Below are positions 22,511 through 32,523 of a DNA stretch of 64,000 nt, piece by piece. The translations under genes and the position numbers were made by a program. Source of the DNA: an uncultured Methanosarcinaceae archaeon (lineage in GTDB: Archaea; Halobacteriota; Methanosarcinia; Methanosarcinales; Methanosarcinaceae); the NCBI GenBank assembly GCA_963847185.1, contig CAWJYV010000008.1:192001-256000 (forward strand). Direction: 5' to 3'. Every line of letters begins with the position of its first letter. Position 1 is the first letter of the stretch. The notes below the pieces were generated by a model. It was not told where the DNA came from and made no database searches. It worked only from the letters and a program-made list of their open reading frames with translations.

Positions 22511-24867
22511 ATATCTGCCCCCTGAATTTGTTTTTTTGTCTCTATCTCTTTTTCTGGAGTCCTGAGCCCTTTTCTTCTATCTCTCCAGGTATCAAGGACT
22601 ATAATAAGAGGCGGGAAGACTACAAAGGTTGCCAGGAGAGCCAGCACTACATCGATAACCGTAACCATCCCGAAGTCAGATATCATCGGGAAAGGAGAAG
22701 CCAGCAAGGCCATAAATCCGAATACTGTCGTAGCCCCTGAAGCAACTATTGCACTCCCTATTTTAGCACTGGTCATGTGGATTGCTTCCATAGGACTTCT
22801 CCCTTTATCCTTTTCTTCAAAGTAACGTTCCATCATAAGGATTGCATACTCGGATCCGACTCCTAAAATCAGAGCTCCCAGAGTTGCGGTTAGCGGAGTG
22901 TAGCTAATATTGAGGTAGCTCATGACTCCTCCTGACCAGCCGATAACTATAATCATCGGGATCACAGGGACTAGGGCTTTCACCCAATCTCTGTAAACAA
23001 CATAAAGTCCTGCGAGCACGAGGATAAGGCCGAGAAAAGTCATTGCTACTCTTCCACTGGTAAGAGCGGTGATGACTTCCATAAATACGACTGAGTTTCC
23101 GGTAATCGTGACTGTGGTACCTGGTGGGGCTGGCATCCACTGCATATCCTGCTTGACGATGTTTGTGAGTTCTTTAATTCCTGTTAACTTGATATCAGCA
23201 ACCGCATTCCCTATATTGAAGTTCAAGAGAAGCATGTTTTTCCCATACATGTAACGGTCTTTCTGCAACTCCGGAATTTCAGAATAGATATTCTTTATTT
23301 CCTGGCTGGTATCGGGAATAACGCCCCCGTTCCTCTCTTTTACAAGAGACACTATACTCGAAGCACTATAAATATGGGCATTGGATGATACTTCATGTTC
23401 GGAAAATTGGTCAATCCATTTAAGGACATCAGGGTTGGATACATCTTCAACTTTGATAATAAGGTTTAGTTCATCGCTCCCACCCATGATATCTCCCATA
23501 TGTCTAAGATCCACAAGTGCAGGCATATCCTGAGGTACAAAGGTCTGAACATCAGTCTGAATAGGTACTGACTGATCAAGGTAAAGGCCGCCAAAACAGA
23601 GTAAGCATGCGATTCCCAGTACGATGACATCGTATTTGATTGTCAGATCCGTTGTCTTCTGGAGAATCCTCCCTATTAGACGGTCGCTTTCACTCTCTCC
23701 TTCAGCCTTTTTCTTTTTTTCTGTACTTGAAGGCTTTATCTTCTTTGCTATTTTTCTCAAGGGGTTCCTGTCTGAGTAACTATCAAATATTGAAAGCGTT
23801 ACAACCCCTACAAATATGGAAGCAAGGTAGCACATGATAATGCCTATCAGGAGAAGTTTTCCAAAATCCTGGATCATCGGCACTGTGGATGTAAAAAGGG
23901 AGAAAAAGCCAAGTGCTGTCATTGCCAGAGCGATGAGAACTGCAGGGCCTGTGTGCTTTATGGTTTCTATTACTGCTCTTGTTTTATTCCCTTTATCCAC
24001 CAGTTCTTCTTCCAGTCTGTTATGGAACTGAATCGCATAGTCGATCCCTACGCCTATCAGAATCGGGAATGCAGACATGGAAACCATGGACATGGGAATC
24101 CCGACATAACCCATAGCTCCGAAAGTATAAACAATACCTAGAAGAACCACAGGTAATGGAAGAAGACACCAGCGTACATGCCTGAATACAAGGAGCAGTA
24201 CAATAACCATGAAAATAGCTGAAAGTCCTAGCAGTATACCCATACTGGAATTCATCTCATAGTTCATGGAGATGTTGAATGCCGGGTCACCTGTAACGAT
24301 AATATTGTAAGAAGGTGGAAATTCTGAAACAGAGACTGCCTCTTCAGTGGCAGTAAGGATATCTTCCTGAGCTTTGTCGCTGGCTGAACCGGCCATAACT
24401 ACAGAAATCAGCATATGGGTATTGTCAGGAATAATCTGGCTGAAAATAGCAGGATTTCCATCTATGATAGCTTTGATTTCTCCGTCGGTTTCTGGAAGTT
24501 CATACCTTCCTGTAATCTTGTAATTGACCGTTTTGATCAGAGAGGCAGGGCTTGTAGTTTCAATTACTCCATCTGTTGCCCCTAGCTGAGTTTCTAATCT
24601 GTCCACAGCCTCCATCAGGTCAGCATTCCTCACATCATTGCCCTCTACCATTACCACGATAGATTGTGTCTGAAAAATATTCTGATAAAGGTGATCATAG
24701 TCCTGGTAGAGAGGAGAGTCTTTCCCGACAAAGGTTTCCGTTCCTGATTGCATCTCGATTAGCTGTGCTCCCTGCATTGATATTATTATACACAGGAAAG
24801 CTACCATGAGTACGGAAAAACGGTTATTTTGAATAAAAAACCCCAGTTTTTCAAAAGATTTTTTAAT
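22507..24867 (-). CDS. RND/MMPL-family transporter (archaeal HAE3 type); probable ATT start at 24867
   Basis: Two repeats with GVGIDYAIQF and GVGSEYAIL motifs. The frame is open 20 codons upstream of the ATG at 24807, up to an ATT that follows GAGAGGAATCAGCT. Confidence 0.9.
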   Translation of the reverse strand: MKKSFEKLGFFIQNNRFSVLMVAFLCIIISMQGAQLIEMQSGTETFVGKDSPLYQDYDHLYQNIFQTQSIVVMVEGNDVRNADLMEAVDRLETQLGATDGVIETTSPASLIKTVNYKITGRYELPETDGEIKAIIDGNPAIFSQIIPDNTHMLISVVMAGSASDKAQEDILTATEEAVSVSEFPPSYNIIVTGDPAFNISMNYEMNSSMGILLGLSAIFMVIVLLLVFRHVRWCLLPLPVVLLGIVYTFGAMGYVGIPMSMVSMSAFPILIGVGIDYAIQFHNRLEEELVDKGNKTRAVIETIKHTGPAVLIALAMTALGFFSLFTSTVPMIQDFGKLLLIGIIMCYLASIFVGVVTLSIFDSYSDRNPLRKIAKKIKPSSTEKKKKAEGESESDRLIGRILQKTTDLTIKYDVIVLGIACLLCFGGLYLDQSVPIQTDVQTFVPQDMPALVDLRHMGDIMGGSDELNLIIKVEDVSNPDVLKWIDQFSEHEVSSNAHIYSASSIVSLVKERNGGVIPDTSQEIKNIYSEIPELQKDRYMYGKNMLLLNFNIGNAVADIKLTGIKELTNIVKQDMQWMPAPPGTTVTITGNSVVFMEVITALTSGRVAMTFLGLILVLAGLYVVYRDWVKALVPVIPMIIVIGWSGGVMSYLNISYTPLTATLGALILGVGSEYAILMMERYFEEKDKGRSPMEAIHMTSAKIGSAIVASGATTVFGFMALLASPFPMISDFGMVTVIDVVLALLATFVVFPPLIIVLDTWRDRRKGLRTPEKEIETKKQIQGADI

Positions 24868-25105
24868 AGCTGATTCCTCTCGTAATTTTATAGTGTGAAG
24901 TGTAATTTGATGTAAGTTTAAGAACCTTGATTTATGCTTTCAACCTGCCGATCTTTCTTTACGGCTGGAATTTTCTCATCCAAGGTTTGGTTCTAAACAC
25001 ATTTATTTTTATTGTACTGTTTTCTTAGCTCTTTAGTGGCGTAGATCTGATGACATATTAATAAAGAGAAAAGATTTAAATTTATTGTTACTTTAGGGGT
25101 AACAA

Positions 25106-25867
25106 ATGTTTTCGCAAATAAATCCTCAGCTAATTCGCAACCTTGAAACACTTGGGCTAACTGAAAATGAAGCCAAAGCGTATGTGGGACTTGTCAGTTT
25201 GGGAGAGGCTACAGCCCGAGAAATACATGAACTTACGAATGTGCCGCGAGCCAAAATCTATGAGATCCTTAAAGTACTTGCGAAAAAAGGTTTTCTGGAA
25301 GTGCGACAGGGCACCCCAACTTATTTCAGGGCAGTTGACCCAAAGCAGGTAATCGAGAAAATAAAGGAGGAATTTATCGGTTGTGCAATTGAGACGCTTA
25401 ACCAGCTCAACGAATTGAGTTATGAACTTCCAAAGACTTCTCCTGTCTGGTGCATCCAGAGTGAATGGGGTATAAAGAACAGAATTCGTGATATTCTGGA
25501 AAGGGCAAAAGAAGAGCTTATTATTTTCTCATCCAGCCCTGAATACCTTAAGGAGTTTGAAGCGGAGTTAAAAAAACTGGAGAAAACTTGCAGGCTAATT
25601 TTTATTGTAGATGATGTTGAAAGATTCAGGTCACTGCCTTTTCAATTCAGAGAAATTACCCCTGAGTTTAAAGATTCCATAAACAATATTGTAATTGATG
25701 GTACTCGTTATAGTGAAGAACTCTTCATAATTGCTGATGGGAAGGAATCAATAGGTGTTCATAGTGCAGGAAATAAAAGAGAAGCAGTAGTTATCAAATT
25801 GCCTGTTGTCTGTTATCTTCAAAAAATAATTTACAGCAAAGTGCTTGAACCCGGTTTTGTTAAATAA
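25106..25867 (+). CDS. TrmB-family transcriptional regulator
   Basis: LGLTENEAKAY..L...ATAREI...VPRAKIYEIL motif; divergent from the RND operon. Confidence 0.92.
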   Translation: MFSQINPQLIRNLETLGLTENEAKAYVGLVSLGEATAREIHELTNVPRAKIYEILKVLAKKGFLEVRQGTPTYFRAVDPKQVIEKIKEEFIGCAIETLNQLNELSYELPKTSPVWCIQSEWGIKNRIRDILERAKEELIIFSSSPEYLKEFEAELKKLEKTCRLIFIVDDVERFRSLPFQFREITPEFKDSINNIVIDGTRYSEELFIIADGKESIGVHSAGNKREAVVIKLPVVCYLQKIIYSKVLEPGFVK

Positions 25868-26080
25868 AGCCGGTAACCTCTTTATAAATCCGAATTTCAG
25901 TTTTCTTTTAACTTTAGGGAACTTCTCTTTAACTTGTATAACCCTACTCTGCTGAGAGTTCTATGGTTCTTTTTCTTCTTAACCGAAAACCAACTTTGTC
26001 GGATACTATTAATATTATTCCGAAATAATTCTTTTATTGCGCTTTTTCAGAAATGAGGGTTAGAGTAAGCAGGTGTAAAT

Positions 26081-26743
26081 ATGAAAAGTATAACTATAGG
26101 CAGCGTTGGAATTCAATGGTTGGGTCATTCTGGTTTTCTGCTTGAAGGGGACGGCAAAAAGATCTATATTGATCCTTTTGAGCTTAGAGAAGAGCCTGCT
26201 TTTGAAGATAAGGCAGATATTTTGCTGATTACCCATGAACACTTTGACCACTGCAGCCCTGAGGACATCAGGAAGGTCAGAAGGTCTGACTCAACGACTC
26301 TTATCCCAGAAAACTGTTCATTTGAATTCAAGGGAGACGCCAGGCGGATTTCTGAAGGAGATATTCTTGCTGACGGGCTTGAGATTAAAGGGATCAGGAT
26401 TGAGGTAGTTCCGGCTTACAATCTCAATAAACCCTATCATCCTCGGGGACTTGGAGTAGGGTATATTGTGGAACTCGGAGGAAAAAGGATTTATCACGCA
26501 GGAGATTGTGATTTTTTCCCCGAGATGAAGGATATTAAGGTTGATGTTGCGCTTTTGCCTATAGGAGGTACATATACTATGAACGAGGAAGAAGCCGCAG
26601 GTGCGGCCGCAGTTATCTCTCCTGAGATCGTAATTCCAATGCACTATGATAAATCCGGGGACGTAAACGGGGACCCAGAAAAGTTTAAGGCTCTTGTACA
26701 CAGCAAGAATCCTGAAATTAATGTGATCATTCTTGACTCCTGA
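26081..26743 (+). CDS. MBL-fold metallo-hydrolase
   Basis: WLGHSGF, ITHEHFDH, YHAGD and IPMHY motifs. Confidence 0.92.
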   Translation: MKSITIGSVGIQWLGHSGFLLEGDGKKIYIDPFELREEPAFEDKADILLITHEHFDHCSPEDIRKVRRSDSTTLIPENCSFEFKGDARRISEGDILADGLEIKGIRIEVVPAYNLNKPYHPRGLGVGYIVELGGKRIYHAGDCDFFPEMKDIKVDVALLPIGGTYTMNEEEAAGAAAVISPEIVIPMHYDKSGDVNGDPEKFKALVHSKNPEINVIILDS

Positions 26744-26824
26744 TCTCCTGACTTCCGAGTTCTCTTTATATTATGAGTCAGGAATGGGTTCTGAGTTGAG
26801 GTCAACTGCAGGATCGATCTATCC

Positions 26825-27154
26825 ATGTCTAAAAAGGCCCGAAAACAACAAAAAAACCTGATCCAGGTCATAGCAGCCCAGCGTATGTGGAGGCTTTTTG
26901 AACTTGCGAAAAAGGAGTACGCAGAGCATCCTGAGCGCAGCGAACGCTATGTGCAGCTTATCAGGAATATTTCAATGAGAAACAGGATGAGTATCCCAAG
27001 GGAAATCAAAAGCAGAATATGTAAACACTGCTATGCTTTTCTGGTTCCAGGGAAAAATGTCCGCTACAGACTGAAAGAGGGATACATCGTCATCTCATGC
27101 CAGTGCTGCGGAAAAGAAATGCGATATCCCTATAAAAGGTTAAAAAAGGCTTAA
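26825..27154 (+). CDS. rnp4: Ribonuclease P protein subunit Rpp21
   Basis: ICKHC...LVPG..R.R...ISCQCCG..MRYPY zinc ribbon. Confidence 0.93.
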   Translation: MSKKARKQQKNLIQVIAAQRMWRLFELAKKEYAEHPERSERYVQLIRNISMRNRMSIPREIKSRICKHCYAFLVPGKNVRYRLKEGYIVISCQCCGKEMRYPYKRLKKA

Positions 27155-27261
27155 GCACGTTTTCGTCAGGATTCTTCTACTTCAGGTTTCTGGACAGCTA
27201 TTACAGAAAATAACCCTGCACCTACGCCAGACCATATCTCCATATGAAAGCGATCATAATT

Positions 27262-27573
27262 TTAAGTTTTTACAGGGGTTTCCTGGCCTCGCATCTTCTT
27301 TATGGCTGAAGCTATCTGTTTTGCAATCACGGATTTCGGACCTTTATCGTCCACAAGCACTCTCCCGCTTACCTCCCACCAGAATTTTGGGTAGGCTTTT
27401 TCCGGCTCCACTTCAGGATTCAGCCCGAGTTTTATGGCGGCTTCTTTTATTTCGTTAAGATGCGGCTCTTTTATAGCACTTTTTCGGGAGATTATTCTGC
27501 CACTGCTCCTGGATTTAGTCTGGTCGATGTATGCGGGCCAGATTACAAGTTTTCCCTTCTCTTTCATCATCAT
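27262..27573 (-). CDS. srp19: Signal recognition particle protein SRP19
   Basis: VIWPAYID..KSRSSGR and KAYPK.WW...GRVLV motifs. Confidence 0.95.
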   Translation of the reverse strand: MMMKEKGKLVIWPAYIDQTKSRSSGRIISRKSAIKEPHLNEIKEAAIKLGLNPEVEPEKAYPKFWWEVSGRVLVDDKGPKSVIAKQIASAIKKMRGQETPVKT

Positions 27574-27630
27574 ACTATCTTCGTTCTAAATTGCTTTCAT
27601 GGAATTTAAAACTGCCCCGCGTTGCGTCGC

Positions 27631-27830
27631 CCGAATTGCGATTCGGGAGCCCGCCGTCCGTTTCCCTCGCTTCGCTCGCTCAAGCAGACTAACTTATGGT
27701 TTAGAATCCCGAGTTCCGCTTCGGGAGCACGGGGTCCGTTTCCCTTGCTTCGCTCGCTCAAGCGGACTAATTTATAGCTTCAAATCCAGAATTGCAATTC
27801 ATGATCCGGGTTTCGTTTCGGGAGCACAGA
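27631..27830. repeat. About 2.5 copies of a 78-bp GC-rich intergenic repeat (TTCGGGAGC...GTCCGTTTCCCTYGCTTCGCTCGCTCAAGCRGACTAA)
   Basis: Copies start at 27642 and 27720; a partial third copy lies near 27818. Confidence 0.85.
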
Positions 27831-27965
27831 AAATTGGAGATTTTCTGGGAGTTGCGATGTAATCACAACATTACGGGTCTGTTTGTAATGGGAAAATTTT
27901 CCTCGTTCTTATCCATTACCTGTAATTATTTATCTTCTCCCGTACAAGTTCTGCATGGTGTTAAT

Positions 27966-28223
27966 ATGATTCCTGCATTTTCAATTGATGAGAGGGTAAG
28001 AGCTTATATCAGAAAGAGCGGGCAGGATTTCAGGCTCTCTACTTCGCCTGAGGGGCCGGTGCTTCTTCCGCTCGGGAGTGTAACTCCAAAACCTTCAGAT
28101 ATGAAAATACTTATTGGTAGTAATGTTCTTTATATTTCCAAGCTACAGGCGAAGTACATCAAAAAGGTTGACTGGTCTATGGTGGAAAGGTCACTGAACT
28201 TTTCCGGTGAATCCAATGCCTGA
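27966..28223 (+). CDS. Small hypothetical protein
   Basis: ATG at 27966 opens an 85-aa ORF of protein-like composition. Confidence 0.65.
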   Translation: MIPAFSIDERVRAYIRKSGQDFRLSTSPEGPVLLPLGSVTPKPSDMKILIGSNVLYISKLQAKYIKKVDWSMVERSLNFSGESNA

Positions 28224-28428
28224 TTTCCCGGTTGTATGTCAAAATTCTACTCTTTCCGTTTGAAAGGCCGGAATTTTGTCCCTTTTCAGAAAGATATCTA
28301 TCCGTTTCGTTTATATGAAGAGAGAGCATAGGATAGAGGCTAACTTGTCCTAGATCCTGCGAAGGTTCCCCGGAAAAAGGGAAATTGCAGCAGGCTGAAA
28401 AAAGATTGCTTCAAGCTCAAGGGAGAAT

Positions 28429-29301
28429 TTGTTTGTGAAGCTGAAAACTAAAATTGTATTTATACTCCTTGCCCTGATGGTGGTCTTTGTATCGGGCTGT
28501 ATGGACGGAAAGAAAGAAGTTGTCCTGAATGAGCCCGGCAATGCCTCTAGCTATGAATTTGAAGTTTTTCAGAATCAATCATACAACCAGACTCTTGCAA
28601 ATACCACCACCTACTATCTTCTGGAAAACAAAGCAAGTGTACAGGTTGTAAATCTTGTAATAAATAAAAGCAAGCTTGAGATTTATCCTTCTGAATCTCT
28701 GGGCGGCGGTTCACAGGATGAGCCAATTAAAAATTTTGTACTTCTTGTAGACCCGGCAAATCAGACTTCAGGAAGCCTGGAGACTTTTAAAGAACTTTCC
28801 CTCAGAAATGAAACCTCAGATCTTAATTATACACTGACTCAGGAAATCAACCAGACTATGAGAATTATAAATCTGGAATTTGAAGAGCCTGTAACAGGTT
28901 TCATTGCGTATACCCTTGAGACTCCGAAAACTCAAGGTTTTGCTTTCATAAAACCTGATTCCGAATTTATTCGCGTTGTTCTCCCTCCGGGATATGTTAC
29001 TGGAAATAAGATATTCGGGGTAGCACGCCCTGAGCCTTTTAATGAAAGTTTTGATGAAAAAGGAAGGCAAACTCTCCTGTGGATCTCTTCGAAAATGGGA
29101 GAACGGGAAGGAACCATTCAGGTGAGGTATTATTCCGAGTCTGCCCCCCTGCTGTTCTTAGCAGCAATTGTAGTCCTGCTCTTTGGGGTTGTTCTGGTGC
29201 TTGCGCGTTATTCGAAAAGTAGGAAAGAACTCGAGGCTGTTAAAGGAGTTCTGGAACTCGAAAAGGAGTACGATAAGAAACAGCGAAGAGCCAAAAAATA
29301 A
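28429..29301 (+). CDS. DUF5803-like lipoprotein with C-terminal TM
   Basis: Lipobox VSGC, RVVLPPGY..GN.IFG motif, C-terminal TM and charged tail. Confidence 0.7.
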   Translation: MFVKLKTKIVFILLALMVVFVSGCMDGKKEVVLNEPGNASSYEFEVFQNQSYNQTLANTTTYYLLENKASVQVVNLVINKSKLEIYPSESLGGGSQDEPIKNFVLLVDPANQTSGSLETFKELSLRNETSDLNYTLTQEINQTMRIINLEFEEPVTGFIAYTLETPKTQGFAFIKPDSEFIRVVLPPGYVTGNKIFGVARPEPFNESFDEKGRQTLLWISSKMGEREGTIQVRYYSESAPLLFLAAIVVLLFGVVLVLARYSKSRKELEAVKGVLELEKEYDKKQRRAKK

Positions 29302-29422
29302 CTTTTAGTAATATCCTTTTTATCTCTTTTTCTTCATCTTATTTTTATTTTTTTAGAAGTAAATAGCTATTTATTGGCGTTTGCCCATATCCCTACTTGA
29401 TGATAATTTTTGGGGATACTCT

Positions 29423-30124
29423 ATGAAATCTCTGTTTTCCTCAACATCAGAATTGGAACCCGAATCAAAGTCGGAAGCTAATTCCGGATCAGAAGCTTTT
29501 ACTCCGGTAATAGGTTCTCTTATGCTTTTGCTAATAACGCTTGCGCTTGCGGGCACAATTGTCGCTGTTTTTGATCTCTCTGATGATAAGGCTGTTTTTC
29601 AGGCCTCTATGGCAAAAATCACCCTTGAATCCTGTGAAGGAGGACTCTATGGGTTTGGCCCGGAGGCTGAGAGAGCCAGGCTTGAAGAAAACAGAATTGT
29701 GCTTCTCCATGAGGGAGGGAGTTCTCTGCCCATTGATTTTGTTTCCATAACTATTTTCGGGTATGGAAATTCCTATCAGGGTCTTCCGGGACATGAGGGA
29801 AAATCGCTCAAAGGAAACATTTCTATATTCTATCTAGATCTTAATTCCCGGGGAAAAAATTCCGAATATCTGGCTCGAAATGGTGTGGTTCTTGAAGATG
29901 GTTTATGGGGAGCTGGAGAAAAACTGATACTCTATGGAAATGACAGTTCCGTGGGAAGTATTGATTCCAGTGTGAAAGTAAGTGTTGATGGAGCCGATAA
30001 TACCTCTGATAACTACGGTTTTCAAACAGGCTCAAAAATTACTCTAAAGGTTATTGACAGGGAAGGCAGATGCGTCCTCTCTGAGCAAGAAGTTGTTGTA
30101 ATACACCCAAATACGGATATCTGA
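29423..30124 (+). CDS. Archaeal type IV pilin-like protein
   Basis: SEA/FTPVIGSLMLLLITLALAGTI class III signal-like segment and LHEGG motif. Confidence 0.78.
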   Translation: MKSLFSSTSELEPESKSEANSGSEAFTPVIGSLMLLLITLALAGTIVAVFDLSDDKAVFQASMAKITLESCEGGLYGFGPEAERARLEENRIVLLHEGGSSLPIDFVSITIFGYGNSYQGLPGHEGKSLKGNISIFYLDLNSRGKNSEYLARNGVVLEDGLWGAGEKLILYGNDSSVGSIDSSVKVSVDGADNTSDNYGFQTGSKITLKVIDREGRCVLSEQEVVVIHPNTDI

Positions 30125-30995
30125 AAAGAGAAAGCGGTATGTTGTCTCAAAATCGTTCTTGTGTATATCGTTTAAAACGCTTGCCTGAAACTTCTGAAAG
30201 CAGCGTCGTATTAACATCTCAGTTGTCGTATACATAAGAAAATCCATTCATGTCGTTATCCTGTATTCTAAGACCTTTGGTATGCCTCGGGTGGATGATA
30301 CTACTCTACCTGTTAGTACAGATATACTGTATCTGAATTTGAAAATAAAGGCATAATTTCGTTTCCAGCTTTATCTTGGGGATAAATTCCGTATTTACAC
30401 TTCAAGACAGGCTATTTTCCAAATTTAACCTAATTAATCTTAGTTATTGCCTTTTTAAGCGCATTTTTTCCCTAGTAAGTTTTTATTGATCTAATTTGAG
30501 CTTTTATCCTAAATTCAAGTTACAGGATAATGTTGATAAATTATATCTTGAAATGACCCCCTGTCAATTAACAAGTTTGATTATAATGCCTGCTGGATTT
30601 GGTTCTGTATCTCAAGTTCTTAATTAATAACGAATTTAATAACTTATCCTGAGTCTCAAAAATTTACTGCTTTGAATTTACGTTCATTTTTCTGATTTAA
30701 ATCTACGTCTTTATAGGTTTTTATGGGGATTAATCGTTTTATTTTTGGCTATCTATATAATTAAGTGTACTATAAAGCTTATTTTATAAATTCATTCTTC
30801 TTAATCTCTCTATTTTTATAAGTATCCTTTTATTTAACCCGGCCAATTTCAGGAATGTCAACTGGCAATAGTCGGAAAGACAATTTGAATACAATAGAGT
30901 TATGCCTTTACCTCAGTTGTAGTCCTAAAGATATGAACTCTTAACATTGTATCAAAATATGCTAAGTTGAACAAAAATTGGAAGTGTCAATATTT

Positions 30996-31364
30996 ATGGG
31001 GAGACAGATATTTGACAAAATAAAAAGGGTCCTGTGCATGTTCACACTGGTCTTTTTTGTAATGTCATTGACAGCTGCATCAGTAAGTGCAGAGTCAGGT
31101 AATGCGAAGAATTGGAATGAACAGAAGACTACGTGGGATAAGAAGAAGACTATGTGGGATAAGGAGAAGACTACGTGGGAGAAAGAGAAGAAGAAATGGG
31201 GAGATGATAAAAATAAGTGGGACAAGAAAAAGAAATCCGGAAATGATTACAATAACTGGTTTAAGAAATATCAGGCATGGATGGCCAAATATAATGCTTG
31301 GATGGTCAAACATAAACAATTTGAGAGAAATTATAATAAATGGCAAAACATCCAGCTACAGTAA
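30996..31364 (+). CDS. Small secreted Trp/Lys heptad-repeat protein, copy 1
   Basis: Signal peptide ending SVSA and W every 7 residues; paralog of 32524-32865. Confidence 0.85.
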   Translation: MGRQIFDKIKRVLCMFTLVFFVMSLTAASVSAESGNAKNWNEQKTTWDKKKTMWDKEKTTWEKEKKKWGDDKNKWDKKKKSGNDYNNWFKKYQAWMAKYNAWMVKHKQFERNYNKWQNIQLQ

Positions 31365-31436
31365 TTGGAAAATACTGAATCTAACTGTAAAATGAACTGA
31401 ATAACGGTGTCTGTAAAACAGATAATTCCTTATGAA

Positions 31437-31536
31437 ATTTACGTGCTTGAGGACAAAAAGAAATAAAACTACCATAAGTTTCGTAATTTCGATTTATGGT
31501 GTTTTGCCCATGTTTTCTTACTTCAAGCGCGTAGAT
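31437..31536 (+). terminator. Long 3' inverted repeat after copy 1 (ATTTACGTGCTTGA ... TCAAGCGCGTAGAT)
   Basis: Arms at 31437-31450 and 31523-31536; a homologous stem follows copy 2. Confidence 0.6.
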
Positions 31537-31906
31537 ACTATCTACTTCATTTTTGTGTGCATTAATCAGTGTTGATGACTAACTTATCTCTAAAAACTTT
31601 CCTAAGCCCTCAGAGTATCTCTTCTCAAAATCCACAATAATCAAAGTTGCACTGGAATACCTCACTGCAGGCAGGGGTATGTTATGTCAGCGCACAGTTT
31701 GTAAAGGAACTATTAAAGTAAATTATTTTCATTTGGTTGTACGCTTCTTTTTCTCCATGGTTCCCGTGCTTTTCAACATGTCTTTGATATCAAAGTTGTC
31801 TAATCTTCTATAGTTCCAATGTAACCCCTATCATTCATATTTCACTTCCCATAACCGTTATTCGGAGCTGATCAATAACTCGCTGACACGATCTGTTTGT
31901 ACTGTA

Positions 31907-31946
31907 ATTCTATCTCTAGTACAAGGATTCTATCTTTAGTACAAGG
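31907..31946. repeat. 20-bp tandem duplication ATTCTATCTYTAGTACAAGG
   Basis: Two adjacent copies with one mismatch. Confidence 0.85.
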
Positions 31947-32523
31947 GTAATTAGAAATATGACTCAGTTATTGAAAACGGTTCTCGGAGAAATCTTCCAT
32001 CTCTACGGAGCTGTGGATATTCGAGTGAGATAAATGCACTTACAAATAATGTCCATGTATTTGAGTTATCCTTGATTGTCGCAGTTAATCCTCAATTTTA
32101 GGGCCATTCTCAAGTCTAAAAGTTATTTTTTGAATTTTAACTTTCTATCTTTTATAATGCTTTTAGAGAGGTTCGATAAGTATCGTTTTGTTTATTTAAG
32201 GTTTTAAGTATAATTTAACGCTTAATAAAGCTTTTTTTGTTAATTCAATCTCTTTTGTCTCTTTATTTATGTAAGTATTTTTATATTTAAGCCCGTTGAT
32301 TTCAGAAATGTCAGCCGAAGATGGTTGGCAAGGCAGCAGGACTTATGCTGTTGAATTGAGAAAACAATGGCATAATGGCATGAGTCTTAAAGAAGCCAAA
32401 TCAGATTATTTACGACATATCTGTTTGTGCTTTAGAGTTTCATCTGCATAAGTCCTGCCTGAATAAAGTAAGCCACCTCTGTAAAATCTGAATTAAATTA
32501 TACAAAAATAAGGAGTAGGATTT

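Noticed and set aside
27599-27862. 87-aa ORF over the 78-bp repeat as a real gene
   Set aside because: It is explained by the repeat period being a multiple of 3; there is no RBS or family signal.
30220-30340. CAGTTGTCGTATACATAAG as an IS end
   Set aside because: It looks IS-like, but I found no matching second end or target duplication.
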